A DNA stretch of 64,000 nt from Synechococcus sp. (GCA_047285305.1 JBJBDL010000003.1:576001-640000), one strand, 5' to 3'; positions 19,847 to 31,531 are shown, counted from the first letter of the stretch. A program made the numbers and translations. The notes: generated by a model from the letters alone, not told the origin.

Positions 19847-20259
19847 GGCCGCGACGCGGGCAGGAAGCGGAGGGTGCCGTGGAGCAGGAGAGCACTGCCG
19901 ATCAACGGCAGCCAGGCCTGAAGTAGCTCCAGTGTTAATGATGCCAGTTCATCGACCTGCCAGTTGTCAAGGGGTAGGGGCATGCCGAGGCTGCGCAACC
20001 CGCAGACCGCCCCCACCAGACCCGCCTGCAAATGCCCGTCATCAGGGTCCACCCGTTGCAGGTGGAAGGCCAGCAGGCCGTAAAAGAGGCCACAACCGCC
20101 CGAACGCACCGCATCTTCCATACCCCAGGGCAAGCTCAGCAGCCCTGCGCTGATGCCGGCAGCCAGCGCCCAACCGATCGACTGCAGCCGCAGTCGCTGG
20201 CGAATTTCGGGATCACTGGGTGGAACGGCCACGGGCACCGGCGGTTCAAAGGCGATCAT
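19843..20259 (-). CDS. hypothetical membrane protein
   Basis: Hydrophobic segments; stop overlaps the SNF2 start (ATGA); start placed at ATG 20259 to avoid overlapping alaS. Confidence 0.7.
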   Translation of the reverse strand: MIAFEPPVPVAVPPSDPEIRQRLRLQSIGWALAAGISAGLLSLPWGMEDAVRSGGCGLFYGLLAFHLQRVDPDDGHLQAGLVGAVCGLRSLGMPLPLDNWQVDELASLTLELLQAWLPLIGSALLLHGTLRFLPASRP

Positions 20260-20284
20260 GACGGCAGGATCCCCCTTTCCTGTC

Positions 20285-22954
20285 ATGGTTGCCGCCGCAT
20301 CGTCGTCTTCTGCAGCGTCTGCACCGCGCAGTGGGGAGGAGATCCGTGAGGCCTTTCTCAACTTCTATGCCGAGCGCGGCCACAAGCGGATGGCCAGCGC
20401 CTCATTGATTCCCGAAGACCCAACGGTGCTGCTCACCATTGCGGGAATGCTGCCGTTCAAGCCGGTTTTTCTGGGCCAGCAGGAGCGACCCGCGCCCCGG
20501 GCCACCAGTTCGCAGAAGTGCATCCGCACCAACGACATCGAGAACGTGGGGCGCACAGCCCGGCATCACACCTTTTTCGAGATGCTCGGCAACTTCTCGT
20601 TCGGGGACTACTTCAAGCAGCAGGCGATTGAGTGGGCCTGGGAGCTCAGCACCGGTGTTTATGCCATCGATCCCAAGCACCTGGTGGTCAGCGTTTTCCG
20701 GGAAGACGACGAAGCCGAGCAGATCTGGCGCGATGTGGTGGGGGTGAACCCCAAGCGGATCATCCGCATGGATGAGGCCGACAACTTCTGGGCTTCCGGC
20801 CCCACCGGCCCCTGTGGCCCCTGCTCGGAGATCTATTACGACTTCAAGCCTGAGCTCGGTGATGAGTGCATCGATCTCGAGGACGACGACCGTTTCATCG
20901 AGTTCTACAACTTGGTCTTCATGCAGTACAACCGCGACGCGGAGGGCACCCTCACGCCGCTGGCCAATCGCAACATCGACACCGGCATGGGCCTCGAGCG
21001 GATGGCCCAGATCCTGCAGAAGGTTCCCAACAACTACGAAACCGATCTGATCTTTCCGCTGATCAAAGCGGCCGCTGATCTGGCGGGGGTCGACTACTAC
21101 CAGCTCAATGACAAGGGCAAGACGTCGTTGAAGGTGATCGGCGACCACAGCCGTGCGGTGACGCAGCTGATCTGTGATGGCGTCACCGCCAGCAACCTCG
21201 GCCGCGGCTACATCCTGCGGCGCCTGCTGCGCCGGGTGGTGCGCCATGGCCGCCTTCTGGGCATCGATAAACCCTTCCTCGTAACCATGGGCGAGGCGGC
21301 GATTGCCCTGCTGAAGGGGGCCCACCCCAGCGTGATTGAGCGCCAGGATGTAATCCTGGCCGAGCTCCAGCGCGAGGAAGCCCGCTTCCTCGAGACCCTT
21401 GAGCGCGGTGAGAAGTTGCTGGTGGAGGTGCTGGCCTCCAAGCCCACCCAGATCAGTGGTGCCCAGGCCTTCGAGCTGTACGACACCTATGGCTTCCCGC
21501 TAGAGCTCACCCAGGAAATCGCCGAGGAGCAAGGCCTGGCCGTTGATCTCGATGGGTTCGAGGCGGCGATGGAGGAGCAGCGCCAGCGCGCCAAGGCGGC
21601 CGCGGTGAGCATCGATCTCACCCTGCAGGATGCGATCGATCAGGTGGTGGCGGATCAGGCGGCCACCAGTTTCGAGGGGTATGAAGCCCTCGATCACGCC
21701 TCCTGTGTGCAGGCGTTGGTCGTGAACGGTGAGCCAGCCATCGCCGCCAAGGCGGGTGATGCGGTTCAGGTGGTGCTTGACACCACGCCGTTCTATGGCG
21801 AAGGCGGCGGTCAGGTGGGCGATCGCGGCGTGCTTGCGGGCAGCGATCTGATTGTTCGGATTGAGTCGGTGAGCCGCAGCCAAGATGTCTTCGTCCATGC
21901 CGGGCGGGTGGAACGCGGCGAGCTCGCCTTGGGTGACACCGTGAAGGCTCAGGTGGACCGTGCCTGCCGGCGTCGGGCCCAGGCCAATCACACCGCCACC
22001 CACCTGCTGCAGGCTGCGCTCAAGCAGGTGGTGGATCCAGGCATCGGCCAGGCCGGATCACTGGTGGATTTCGATCGCCTGCGCTTCGACTTCCACTGCC
22101 CCACGGCGGTGAAGGCGGATCAGTTGCAGCAGGTTGAAACCCTGATCAACGGTTGGATCAACGAGGCCCATGTGCTGCAGGTGCAGGAGATGGCGATCGA
22201 CCAGGCCAAGGCGGCCGGTGCCGTGGCGATGTTCGGTGAGAAGTACGCCGATGTGGTGCGGGTGGTCGACGTGCCCGGTGTATCGATGGAGCTCTGCGGC
22301 GGCACCCACGTGGCTAACACCGCTGAGATCGGCCTGTTCAAAATCGTGGCGGAGAGTGGTGTTGCCGCCGGCATCCGCCGGATTGAGGCCGTCGCTGGTC
22401 CTGCTGTGCTCGCCTACCTCAACGAGCGCGATGCAGTAGTGAAGCAGCTGGGGGATCGCTTCAAGGCTCAGCCGGCCGAGATCGTGGATCGTGTGGTGGC
22501 CCTTCAGGAGGAGCTCAAGGCCACTGGCAAGGCGCTGGCTGCGGCTCAGGCGGAACTGGCAGTGGCCAAGGCCGGTGCTCTGGCCGCTAAGGCCGAGGCC
22601 GTGGGCGACTTCCAACTGCTGGTGGAACGCCTCGACGGCGTGGATGGCGCTGGTTTGCAGGGTGCAGCCCAGAGCCTGGCGATTCAGCTGGGGGATGGTG
22701 CGGCCGTGGTGATCGGCGGTCTGCCGGATCCCGGCGACGTGGGCAAGGTGATCCTGGTGGCGGCCTTCGGCAAGCAGGTCATCGCTGCCAGGCTCCAGGC
22801 CGGCAAGTTCATCGGCGGAATAGCCAAACAGTGTGGCGGTGGCGGCGGTGGCCGCCCCAACTTGGCCCAGGCCGGGGGACGCGATGGTGCTGCCCTCCCT
22901 GCTGCTCTTGAGTCCGCTCGCTCCGAGCTGGCGGCAGCGTTGGCTCAGTCCTGA
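20285..22954 (+). CDS. alaS: alanine--tRNA ligase
   Basis: [44 protein letters not shown]. Confidence 0.98.
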   Translation: MVAAASSSSAASAPRSGEEIREAFLNFYAERGHKRMASASLIPEDPTVLLTIAGMLPFKPVFLGQQERPAPRATSSQKCIRTNDIENVGRTARHHTFFEMLGNFSFGDYFKQQAIEWAWELSTGVYAIDPKHLVVSVFREDDEAEQIWRDVVGVNPKRIIRMDEADNFWASGPTGPCGPCSEIYYDFKPELGDECIDLEDDDRFIEFYNLVFMQYNRDAEGTLTPLANRNIDTGMGLERMAQILQKVPNNYETDLIFPLIKAAADLAGVDYYQLNDKGKTSLKVIGDHSRAVTQLICDGVTASNLGRGYILRRLLRRVVRHGRLLGIDKPFLVTMGEAAIALLKGAHPSVIERQDVILAELQREEARFLETLERGEKLLVEVLASKPTQISGAQAFELYDTYGFPLELTQEIAEEQGLAVDLDGFEAAMEEQRQRAKAAAVSIDLTLQDAIDQVVADQAATSFEGYEALDHASCVQALVVNGEPAIAAKAGDAVQVVLDTTPFYGEGGGQVGDRGVLAGSDLIVRIESVSRSQDVFVHAGRVERGELALGDTVKAQVDRACRRRAQANHTATHLLQAALKQVVDPGIGQAGSLVDFDRLRFDFHCPTAVKADQLQQVETLINGWINEAHVLQVQEMAIDQAKAAGAVAMFGEKYADVVRVVDVPGVSMELCGGTHVANTAEIGLFKIVAESGVAAGIRRIEAVAGPAVLAYLNERDAVVKQLGDRFKAQPAEIVDRVVALQEELKATGKALAAAQAELAVAKAGALAAKAEAVGDFQLLVERLDGVDGAGLQGAAQSLAIQLGDGAAVVIGGLPDPGDVGKVILVAAFGKQVIAARLQAGKFIGGIAKQCGGGGGGRPNLAQAGGRDGAALPAALESARSELAAALAQS

Positions 22955-24885
22955 AGGTACGTTGTCTGTCGCAGACTGCTTTCGAGGTGATCCAGCAGCC
23001 GGCGTGACTCGTCGATGCGCAGCTGACCGTTGTTGATGGCTGCTTCCGCCGCCACCCGCAAGCGCTCCAGCAAGACACGGGGGTCGTGCTCCATGGCCTC
23101 CAGCACATTGGCATTGGTGTCACCCCGCACGACGTGGTCAATGCAATAGCTGCCGCCGGGGATGAGGCGAATGTGCACGGCATTGGTGGTGCCAAACAGG
23201 TTGTGCAGATTGCCCATCACCTCCTGATATGCACCGCTCAGGAAAAGGCCGATCAGATAGGGGTGGTTGTCGTCGAGTTCGTGCAGCTCCAGCAGCTGTT
23301 TGGGTTGTCCATCTCCGATGAAGCGATCCAGACGACCATCGGAATCACAGGTGAGATCGGCAAGGTTGGCCAGTCGGGTAGGTCGTTGATCCAGCTGCTG
23401 GATGGGCACCACTGGAAACAGCTGGTCGATGGCCCATGTGTCGGGTGCTGATCGGAAGATCGACAGATTGGCGTAATACGTTCCCGCCAAAGCTTTGTTG
23501 AGGGCTGCGAGCTCTTCCGGGATGGCTTGATCCTTGGGCAGTCGCTGCGCAATCGCATCGGCACAGGCCCACGTCAGTTGTTCAGCGGTGGCGCGGTCGG
23601 GCATCCCCATGTACCCGAGCCGGAATGCGGCGAGCGCATCCTGCTTGAACTTCAAGGCGTCGTTCCAGGCTTCCTGCAGACGCACCAGTTGCGCATCCGC
23701 CGTCACCGATAACTCCTGAATGGTGGCGAGGGTGTCCCGCAGGTTGCGAACGGTCAGAGGTTCATCTCCGCTGGCCTTGGGAACCGATGCCGGCAGTGCG
23801 CTACTTCCCAGTACGTCGAACACCAGCAGTGAAAAATGACTGGCAATGGCACGGCCGCTTTCGCTCACCAGCGTCGGCACCGCAACACCATTGGGTTCGC
23901 AGCATTCCCGCACCGTGGCTACAACGTCGTTGGCATAGTTCTGCAGCGAGTAATTGGTGGATGCCGCTGATGCGGTGCGGCTGCCGTCGTAGTCGATGCC
24001 GAGTCCACCACCCACATCCAGGTACCCCATCGGAGCCCCCAGTCGGGTGAGCTCCCCATAGATCTGCCCCGCCTCCTGGAGAGCGTCCTTGAGTACGGCA
24101 ATGTCATTGATCTGGCTGCCGATGTGGAAGTGAAGCAGGCGTAGATCGGGGAGCAGGTTGTTCTCCCGCAGCCGTTCCACCGTTGCTAGCAACTCGGGAA
24201 TCGAAAGGCCGAATTTGGCTTTGTCGCCAACGGAACTGCCCCAACGCCCTGTGCTGCGGCTGGAGAGCTTGGCCCGCACACCGATGTAGGGCGCTGCCCC
24301 CAGGCTCTTGCTGGCTTCAATGATTCGGTCAACTTCGTCCGGCTGTTCGATCACAACCACAGGTTGCCGTCCCAGACGTCGCGCCAGGATGGCGGTCTCG
24401 ATGTAGAGCCGATCCTTGTAGCCGTTGCAAATCAACAACGCCTCGGGGTCATCCAGCAGCGAGAGGGCGATCAGCAACTCAGCCTTGCTGCCTGCTTCCA
24501 GCCCGAAGTTCCAGCGCTTGCCGCAGCTCACCAACTCCTCCACCACATGGCGTTGTTGGTTGCACTTCACCGGGAAGACCCCCTGATACCGGCCGGGATA
24601 GCTGTATTGCGCGATGGCGCGTTCAAAGGCAGCGTGGATCCGCTCCAAACGGTCTTCGAGGATGTCGTCGAAGCGAATCAGCAGCGGCAGCGCCAGGTTG
24701 CGGCTTTTCAGCTCCGACACCAGATCCACCAGGTCCAGGCTGCCGCCGCGATCCCCTTGGGGTTGAACGCTGATGTGTCCGCGCCCATTGATGGAGAAAT
24801 ACGGATCGCCCCAGCGGTCGAGGCCGTACAGCGCAGCACTGTCCTGAATTGACCAGTGTTCGCTGTCTGACACCTGCGTCTGCAA
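22945..24885 (-). CDS. speA: biosynthetic arginine decarboxylase
   Basis: FPVKCNQ (PLP Lys), [23 protein letters not shown] start uncertain. Confidence 0.96.
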   Translation of the reverse strand: MQTQVSDSEHWSIQDSAALYGLDRWGDPYFSINGRGHISVQPQGDRGGSLDLVDLVSELKSRNLALPLLIRFDDILEDRLERIHAAFERAIAQYSYPGRYQGVFPVKCNQQRHVVEELVSCGKRWNFGLEAGSKAELLIALSLLDDPEALLICNGYKDRLYIETAILARRLGRQPVVVIEQPDEVDRIIEASKSLGAAPYIGVRAKLSSRSTGRWGSSVGDKAKFGLSIPELLATVERLRENNLLPDLRLLHFHIGSQINDIAVLKDALQEAGQIYGELTRLGAPMGYLDVGGGLGIDYDGSRTASAASTNYSLQNYANDVVATVRECCEPNGVAVPTLVSESGRAIASHFSLLVFDVLGSSALPASVPKASGDEPLTVRNLRDTLATIQELSVTADAQLVRLQEAWNDALKFKQDALAAFRLGYMGMPDRATAEQLTWACADAIAQRLPKDQAIPEELAALNKALAGTYYANLSIFRSAPDTWAIDQLFPVVPIQQLDQRPTRLANLADLTCDSDGRLDRFIGDGQPKQLLELHELDDNHPYLIGLFLSGAYQEVMGNLHNLFGTTNAVHIRLIPGGSYCIDHVVRGDTNANVLEAMEHDPRVLLERLRVAAEAAINNGQLRIDESRRLLDHLESSLRQTTYLQD

Positions 24886-24995
24886 AAAGTGGATGGCCGG
24901 AATCTAGGGACATTCCCTGCGCTGCCCAAGGCCTTTGCTTGCCAAGCGGGGTGGCCAGCACTGACGATGGCGGCGCTTTTTATTCACACCAATTC

Positions 24996-25451
24996 ATGGC
25001 CGAACGCACGTTCATCGCCATCAAGCCCGACGGCGTCCAGCGCGGCCTAGTGGGCGAGATCCTCGGTCGCTTCGAGCGCAAGGGCTTCAAGCTGGTGGGT
25101 CTGAAGCAAATCACCCCCAGCCGCGCCCTGGCGGAGCAGCACTACGGCGTCCACAAGGAGCGTCCTTTCTTTGCCGGTCTGGTCGACTTCATCACCTCCG
25201 GCCCTGTCGTAGCCATGGTCTGGGAAGGCGAGGGCGTCATTGCCAGTGCCCGCAAACTGATCGGTGCCACCAAGCCCCTCGAGGCTGAGCCCGGCACCAT
25301 TCGTGGCGATCTGGCCGTCAACATCGGCCGCAACGTCATCCACGGTTCTGATGCGGCCGAAACCGCTTCCTTCGAGATCGGTCTCTGGTTCGAAGCCTCC
25401 GAGCTGAACGACTGGTCTCCTTCTGACCAGGAGTGGCGCGTCGAAGGCTGA
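24996..25451 (+). CDS. ndk: nucleoside diphosphate kinase
   Basis: [26 protein letters not shown]. Confidence 0.98.
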   Translation: MAERTFIAIKPDGVQRGLVGEILGRFERKGFKLVGLKQITPSRALAEQHYGVHKERPFFAGLVDFITSGPVVAMVWEGEGVIASARKLIGATKPLEAEPGTIRGDLAVNIGRNVIHGSDAAETASFEIGLWFEASELNDWSPSDQEWRVEG

Positions 25452-25455
25452 TCAC

Positions 25456-26568
25456 TCAGTTTTCGAATCGATCCCATCGGAAAGCCCCCAGCAACGCCTC
25501 TTCGGCTGCGTTGGGGGCTTTTTTCATGATTCCGTTGGCCGTGAGCTCAGCCGTGATGGCGGCAAGCAGAACGCCATTGCGGTGATGTCCACAGGCCAGC
25601 CACAGGCCAGGTAGCGGACCAGGGCCAAGCAAGGGGCCTTCGTCGGGTGTGCAAGGCCGGAACCCCCACCAACGCTCCATCGGGGGCCAGTTGGCCGCTG
25701 TTGGCAGCAGGCTGGCGATGCCCGCTTGCAGTTGTTTCTGGCCATCAGGCGTGAGGCCTTCGGCAAATCCAGCGTCCCGTTCGCTGGTGGCCCCCACCAC
25801 GATCAATCCGTCTTCGCGTGGAACCAGGTAGGTGCCGGGGCCGAAGATCACCCGCTTAAGTGCCTCCCGCGGACCCTGCAGCGACAGCATCTGCCCTTTT
25901 ACCGGGAAAATGGTCAGTTGCGGCACCAGTTGTCGGCTCCAGGCGCCACTGCAGAGCACCGCTTGCTGGCAGCGCAGTTGCTGCTGTTCTCCTTCGGCGC
26001 TGCGCAGATGGATTCCGCAGAGCTGTCCGGCGGTATCCCGCTCCAGATCAAGCACTTCGGCCCCTTCCATGAATCGCACGCCCAGGGACACGCAGGCCCG
26101 CTCCAGGGCTCGCATCAACTGCCTGCGGTTGTCGATCTGGCCGTCCTGCTCGAACAGCAGCCCGGCGCTCCATTCCGGACCCAAGTCTGGGATTTCCCGC
26201 TCAAGGCCGGTGCGGTCCAAGGTTTGCCCAAGGTTGGCGGTGGGGTAAGCGTCCCGCTCGGTCGCTGTTCTGAACGGCACGACGATGCCGCTGGTGCGTA
26301 GACCGCAGCTCAGGCCGCTGTCAGCTTCGATCTGCGCCACCCAGCGGGGGATCAGCGCGAGGCTGGCTTGACCCAGTTCCAACAGGTTGCCGCTCAAGCC
26401 TTCGGCATGGGGCGCCAGCATCCCTGCAGCCACAAAGCCTGCCGCTTCGCTGCGGCGGCGGCTGATCACGGTCAGGCTCTGATCGCGACGGGCCAGCTGA
26501 TGAGCAACGGCTAAGCCCATCAGTCCCCCGCCCAAAACACAGATGGCTGAGTCAGAGGCGGCAGTCAT
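25456..26568 (-). CDS. thiO: glycine oxidase ThiO (FAD-dependent)
   Basis: GGGLMG FAD motif, AAGMLAP, WGFRPCTPD, GHHRNGVLL. Confidence 0.9.
   Translation of the reverse strand: MTAASDSAICVLGGGLMGLAVAHQLARRDQSLTVISRRRSEAAGFVAAGMLAPHAEGLSGNLLELGQASLALIPRWVAQIEADSGLSCGLRTSGIVVPFRTATERDAYPTANLGQTLDRTGLEREIPDLGPEWSAGLLFEQDGQIDNRRQLMRALERACVSLGVRFMEGAEVLDLERDTAGQLCGIHLRSAEGEQQQLRCQQAVLCSGAWSRQLVPQLTIFPVKGQMLSLQGPREALKRVIFGPGTYLVPREDGLIVVGATSERDAGFAEGLTPDGQKQLQAGIASLLPTAANWPPMERWWGFRPCTPDEGPLLGPGPLPGLWLACGHHRNGVLLAAITAELTANGIMKKAPNAAEEALLGAFRWDRFEN
25481..25524 (+). terminator. possible ndk terminator embedded in the thiO 3' end
   Basis: AAAGCCCCCA...TGGGGGCTTTTTT, 30 nt after the ndk stop; long loop. 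Confidence 0.45.
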
Positions 26569-26659
26569 GCGCGAGAAAGGCCCTTGCTGGTCATGCTGTC
26601 AGGAGAGGGCTTCATCTTGATTCCATAGGATCCCGGAATCTGCTTCACATCACGGGCGC

Positions 26660-28141
26660 ATGGCCGACGCAGCAACCCAACCGGCCTGGGAGGCCGTGAT
26701 CGGTCTCGAGACCCACGTGCAGCTGGGAACGGACAGCAAAATTTTCACGGCAGCGTCCACCACCTTTGGTGATGACCCCAACACCCACATCGACCCTGTG
26801 GTGTGCGGTCTGCCCGGCACCCTGCCAGTGCTGAACCAGAAGGTGCTCGAGTACGCCGTGAAGGCAGCGATGGCGCTGAACCTCAACATCGCTGAACACA
26901 GCAAGTTCGACCGCAAGCAGTACTTCTATCCCGATCTCCCGAAGAACTATCAGATCTCCCAGTACGACCAGCCGATCGCTGAGGAGGGCTGGATCGAGGT
27001 GGAGGTCGCTGAAAAAGGTAAAGACACCTACCTGAAGACCATCGGCATCGAGCGTCTGCACATGGAGGAGGACGCCGGCAAGCTGGTGCATGCCGGCAGC
27101 GACCGCCTGGCGGGTTCCACTCATTCGCTCGTGGACTACAACCGGGCTGGTGTGGCCTTGGCGGAAATCGTCAGTAAGCCGGACCTGCGCACCGGCCGTG
27201 AAGCGGCCGAATACGCCTCGGAGATCCGCCGGATCATGCGGTACCTGGGGGTGAGTGACGGCAACATGCAGGAGGGATCCTTGCGTTGCGACGTCAACAT
27301 CTCCGTGCGTCGGGGGCCGGATGCGCCCTTCGGCACGAAGGTGGAGATCAAGAATATGAACTCGTTCTCGGCTATCCAAAAGGCTTGCGAGTACGAGATC
27401 AAGCGTCAGATCAAGGCCTACGAAACCGGTGAGCCGATTGTTCAGGAGACACGCCTCTGGGATGAGGGCAAGCAGCTCACCAAGAGCATGCGCAGCAAGG
27501 AAGGCGCCAGCGATTACCGCTACTTCCCGGATCCCGACCTCGGCCCGATTGAGGTGAGCGCGGATCAGCGGGAGTCGTGGCGTGCTGAATTGCCTGAGCT
27601 GCCGGCGGCCAAGCGGCATCGCTACGCCGATGAGCTGGGTCTCTCCCAGTACGACGCACGGGTGCTCACCGATGAGCGGCCGATGGCCGACTACTTCGAG
27701 GCCGCCGTGGATGCTGGCGCTGACGCCAAGCTTGCAGCGAACTGGATCACCGGCGACATCGCCGCCCATGTGAACAGCAATCGACTCAGCTATGCCGAGC
27801 TGCCCTTCCGGCCTGAGCAGTTGGCCGAAATGGTCCAACTGATCGATGGCGGCAAGATCAGCGGCAAGATCGCCAAGGAGATCCTTCCGGTGCTGCTCGA
27901 GAAAGGCGGCTCACCCAAGTCGATTGTCGACGAGCGCGGCCTCGGCATGATCAGCGATCCGGCGGCGATCGAAGTCATCGTTGATGAGCTCTTGGGGGCC
28001 CACCCCGATGAGGTGGAGGCCTTCCGCGGCGGCAAGACCAAGCTGCAGGGCTTCTTCGTTGGACAGTTGATGAAGAAGACCGGTGGTAAGGCGGATCCCA
28101 AGCTTGCCAATCAGATTCTGAGCAAGAAGCTCAAGGGTTGA
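26660..28141 (+). CDS. gatB: Asp/Glu-tRNA amidotransferase subunit B
   Basis: VIGLETHVQL, FDRKQYFYPDLPKNYQISQ, DYRYFPDPDL. Confidence 0.98.
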   Translation: MADAATQPAWEAVIGLETHVQLGTDSKIFTAASTTFGDDPNTHIDPVVCGLPGTLPVLNQKVLEYAVKAAMALNLNIAEHSKFDRKQYFYPDLPKNYQISQYDQPIAEEGWIEVEVAEKGKDTYLKTIGIERLHMEEDAGKLVHAGSDRLAGSTHSLVDYNRAGVALAEIVSKPDLRTGREAAEYASEIRRIMRYLGVSDGNMQEGSLRCDVNISVRRGPDAPFGTKVEIKNMNSFSAIQKACEYEIKRQIKAYETGEPIVQETRLWDEGKQLTKSMRSKEGASDYRYFPDPDLGPIEVSADQRESWRAELPELPAAKRHRYADELGLSQYDARVLTDERPMADYFEAAVDAGADAKLAANWITGDIAAHVNSNRLSYAELPFRPEQLAEMVQLIDGGKISGKIAKEILPVLLEKGGSPKSIVDERGLGMISDPAAIEVIVDELLGAHPDEVEAFRGGKTKLQGFFVGQLMKKTGGKADPKLANQILSKKLKG

Positions 28142-28932
28142 TGAGCGGAGCGGCAATCATTCCCTATGCCTGGAAGGAATGGCTGCTGCAGAACCGGGAT
28201 CGCGGCTGTGATCCTGAAGGGTTGATGCAGCGGGCCCTCGACCAGGGGTTTGCGCGAGAGGAGATTGCCGCTGTTCTCCAGTCCTCCACCGCCGATTGGC
28301 TTGCCTGGTTCGAGGCCCCTCTCACCCGGAATGAGCACCGACCTCGTGCCTGGCGTTTGGATACCTCACTGGCCCAGCTGTACGAGCTGCCAGGACTGCT
28401 CAGTCACGAGGAATGCGAGCAGGTGATCGACGCCATCAACGCATCATTGCAGCCGTCAACGGTGACCCGCGGCGACAATCATTACCGCACCAGCCGCACC
28501 TGCCACTTGCGCCAGCACCATCCCGAGCTTGCAGCGAGCCTGGATCAGCGCTTTGCGGCCTTGTTGGGCGTGGATCCGCGCCTCTCGGAACCGATTCAGG
28601 GGCAGCGGTACGACCCCGGCGAATATTTCAAGGAACACACGGACTGGTTTTCTCCGGGGACGGAGGAATACGCCACCCACACCGACAGCGGCGGGCAACG
28701 CACCTGGACGGTGATGGTTTATCTCAACGCTGTGGAACGGGGTGGAGAGACGTTGTTCCGCCGCCTGGGGCGCTCGTTCACGCCTGTGCCTGGAATGGCG
28801 TTGGCCTGGAACAACCTTCAGGCCGATGGCACCCCCAACCCCTTCACGCTGCATGAGGCTTTGCCAGTGGAGGTGGGGCACAAATGGGTGATCACCAAGT
28901 GGTTCCGTGCCGACTTCGGGCGGAATGGCTAA
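28141..28932 (+). CDS. 2OG-Fe(II) oxygenase, prolyl 4-hydroxylase-like
   Basis: RTSRT, HTD facial-triad motif, GQRTWTVMVYLN, GGET, TLHEALPV..GHKWVITKW; TGATG overlap with gatB. Confidence 0.9.
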   Translation: MSGAAIIPYAWKEWLLQNRDRGCDPEGLMQRALDQGFAREEIAAVLQSSTADWLAWFEAPLTRNEHRPRAWRLDTSLAQLYELPGLLSHEECEQVIDAINASLQPSTVTRGDNHYRTSRTCHLRQHHPELAASLDQRFAALLGVDPRLSEPIQGQRYDPGEYFKEHTDWFSPGTEEYATHTDSGGQRTWTVMVYLNAVERGGETLFRRLGRSFTPVPGMALAWNNLQADGTPNPFTLHEALPVEVGHKWVITKWFRADFGRNG

Positions 28933-29555
28933 CCGGGTATTTCTTCTCCTGTTGCGTTGAGCAAATCCATGGCCTGTGATTGCCAAGCGCCGGGTTGGCT
29001 GCGATTGGCGATCACCTGATCCGCCAGGGCGCGTTTCCGGCTCAGGGGCCATTGGGCGGCGATGCGGGCTTGAGCAGCTTTAGGGCTCAGCCCGTCCCGC
29101 GCGATCAGGCGTTGGAGTTGCTGGGATTCATCGCAGTCGACCAGCCAGATTTCGCTGCAGAGCGACTCAAGCCCCGCTTCAAACAACAGCGGAATCATCA
29201 GCACAACGGTTGGTGTCTTGGCGTGAAGGCTGAGGGCTTGGTCGAAGCGCTCCCGCACGATCGGGTGAATCAGTTTCTCGAGCCACCGCCGTTCCGCGGA
29301 GTCCTGGAACACGATCCGACCCAGGGAAGCTCGGTCGACGGTTGGGCCGCCTTCAGCCTGGACCGTTGAGCCGTACCGCTGCATCACGCTGTTCGTGGCC
29401 GGGCTACCGGGTGCGAGGGCCTCTCGGGCGAATTGATCGGCATCCAACACCGGCAGACCTTGCTGCTCCAACCAATGGCCCACGCTGCTCTTGCCGCTTG
29501 CAATCCCGCCCGTGAGTCCGATGCGTCGTTGCGAGAACGGCTCGCCAGGCGCCAT
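28929..29555 (-). CDS. coaE: dephospho-CoA kinase
   Basis: IGLTGGIASGKS, IHPIVR, IPLLFE; ATG at 29555. Confidence 0.96.
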   Translation of the reverse strand: MAPGEPFSQRRIGLTGGIASGKSSVGHWLEQQGLPVLDADQFAREALAPGSPATNSVMQRYGSTVQAEGGPTVDRASLGRIVFQDSAERRWLEKLIHPIVRERFDQALSLHAKTPTVVLMIPLLFEAGLESLCSEIWLVDCDESQQLQRLIARDGLSPKAAQARIAAQWPLSRKRALADQVIANRSQPGAWQSQAMDLLNATGEEIPG

Positions 29556-29605
29556 GGTGTCGGAGCAGGATGTATCCAGTGTCTCGCGGCGGATCAGCGG
29601 TGGCG

Positions 29606-30808
29606 ATGGCTTCTTCTTGGCAACCGATCCAGGGTGGTGTGACGGCACCGAATGGGTTCCAGGCGGCAGGCATCGTGGCCGGCCTGAAGACCTCGGGTAA
29701 GCCTGATCTGGCGCTGGTGTTGGCACCGGAGACGGCCGTTTGTGCGGGCACCTTCACTACATCAGTGGTGCGAGCGGCCTGTGTTGATCTCTGCCGTGAT
29801 TGCCTCGTCAGTACTGCAGGCCATGCCCGTGCCGTGTTGATCAACTCCGGTCAGGCCAATGCCTGCACCGGCGATCGCGGTCTGGTCGACAGCCAGCGCG
29901 CCACCCAGATGCTGGCCGATCAGCTCGGTGTCGATGCGGAGTTGGTGTTGATCTGCTCCACCGGAGTGATTGGTGTGCCGATTCCGATGCCCACCCTTCT
30001 GGCCGGGTTGGCTCCTTTGGTGGAGGCCTTGGATGACGCGGGTGGTGATGCCGCGGCCACCGCCATCCTCACCACCGATCTGGTGAACAAGCAGGTGGCG
30101 CTTGAACTGGAACTGGAGGGGCGCCGGGTGCGCATCGGAGGGATGGCCAAAGGCTCGGGAATGATTCATCCCGACATGGCCACGATGCTCGGCTTTTTCA
30201 GTTGTGATGCCGGCGTCGATGCCGGCGTTTGGCAAGGGATGGTGCAGCGTGCCGTGCAGCGTTCCTTCAACGCCATCACCGTTGATGGAGACACCAGCAC
30301 CAACGACACCGTGCTGGCCTTTGCAGCAGGCCCACCGCTGGGCCAACAACACCATGCCGTTCTGGAACAGGGCCTCACCCAGGCCATGCAACAGCTGGCC
30401 CAGGCCATCGCCCGGGATGGCGAAGGGGCGACCTGTCTGATCGAGGTGCGGGTGGAGGGTGCGGTTGACGAGGCCGCGGCGTTGCAGGTGGCTCGCACGG
30501 TCTGTGGTTCGTCCTTGGTGAAGACCGCAGTCCATGGCCGGGATCCGAACTGGGGGCGGATCGTGGCGGCCGCAGGTCGCTCAGGTGTGTCTTTCGATCC
30601 GGGTGCGGTGGCTCTTTGGATTGGGCCCCATCAACTTATGGCCGCCGGTCAACCCGTGACCTTTGATCGCGCCGCGGCCAGCAACGTTCTGCGGCAGGAG
30701 CTTGTTCCGATACGCCTCGGCATAGGGGATGGTTCCGGCTCTGGTCAGGCCTGGGGATGCGACCTGTCGGATCAGTACGTGCGCATCAACGCCGACTACA
30801 CCACCTGA
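29606..30808 (+). CDS. argJ: glutamate N-acetyltransferase / ornithine acetyltransferase
   Basis: AKGSGMIHPDMATML, DGDTSTND, DPNWGR, INADYTT. Confidence 0.97.
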   Translation: MASSWQPIQGGVTAPNGFQAAGIVAGLKTSGKPDLALVLAPETAVCAGTFTTSVVRAACVDLCRDCLVSTAGHARAVLINSGQANACTGDRGLVDSQRATQMLADQLGVDAELVLICSTGVIGVPIPMPTLLAGLAPLVEALDDAGGDAAATAILTTDLVNKQVALELELEGRRVRIGGMAKGSGMIHPDMATMLGFFSCDAGVDAGVWQGMVQRAVQRSFNAITVDGDTSTNDTVLAFAAGPPLGQQHHAVLEQGLTQAMQQLAQAIARDGEGATCLIEVRVEGAVDEAAALQVARTVCGSSLVKTAVHGRDPNWGRIVAAAGRSGVSFDPGAVALWIGPHQLMAAGQPVTFDRAAASNVLRQELVPIRLGIGDGSGSGQAWGCDLSDQYVRINADYTT

Positions 30809-30859
30809 AGCTTCTGTTCTTAATTCCTGTCACAATCCGAGTCTCCGTCAGACCCATCC

Positions 30860-31486
30860 GTGGACAATCCCAGCTCCCCTGACGCTCCCGTTGAGGCCAA
30901 GTCACGACTCTGGGTGGGCTCCATGGTGGCTGGTTGCTGTTTCGCCATTGGTTACGGCATTGCTGAGCGGATGCTGATGCTGCAGACCAATGCTGAGGAC
31001 CCTGTCCCTGAGGCCTTCACACCGCTCGCGTTTCCAGGGGCTTCCCTGCAGGATATTCGGACCCGGTTCAGTGGCGTCGATTCATCCCTGCAAGTTGATG
31101 TCACAGCCCTAGAAGCCGCCGAGGCTGCAAGCCGACCGGCCCAGCCAGCGGTCAAGCAGACGCCCAAACCCGCTGTGGCGCTGCAGACGCCCGAACCCGC
31201 GGTCTGGACGGCCCCCGACTGGGTGGACCCCCAAACCATTGCCCCCGAGCTTGAGGCAGACGATGGACCCGCCCCCTCATCAGCCCAGGAGCCTGAACTC
31301 GAGCTGGATGACAGCAACGTCGATTCTCAAGGGCTGCTTGAGGAGTCCATCGAGGTGATGCCTGCTGTGGTCGTTCCAGACGGTGATTCACCGGTGCTGG
31401 TGGCTGAGCCGGAACCTGTTGTGCTGCCTCCTGGCGCGGAAGCCTTTTTCGAAGTCATTGAGCCCGTGACTCCGCCTCAGCCCTGA
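30860..31486 (+). CDS. hypothetical single-TM protein with acidic, Pro-rich C-terminus
   Basis: GTG start, hydrophobic segment LWVGSMVAGCCFAIGYGI, D/E/P-rich tail. Confidence 0.7.
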   Translation: MDNPSSPDAPVEAKSRLWVGSMVAGCCFAIGYGIAERMLMLQTNAEDPVPEAFTPLAFPGASLQDIRTRFSGVDSSLQVDVTALEAAEAASRPAQPAVKQTPKPAVALQTPEPAVWTAPDWVDPQTIAPELEADDGPAPSSAQEPELELDDSNVDSQGLLEESIEVMPAVVVPDGDSPVLVAEPEPVVLPPGAEAFFEVIEPVTPPQP

Positions 31487-31531
31487 TCTCCGGTTGGATC
31501 TGCCACAGTTGAAGCTGTCTGCAATCGGTCC

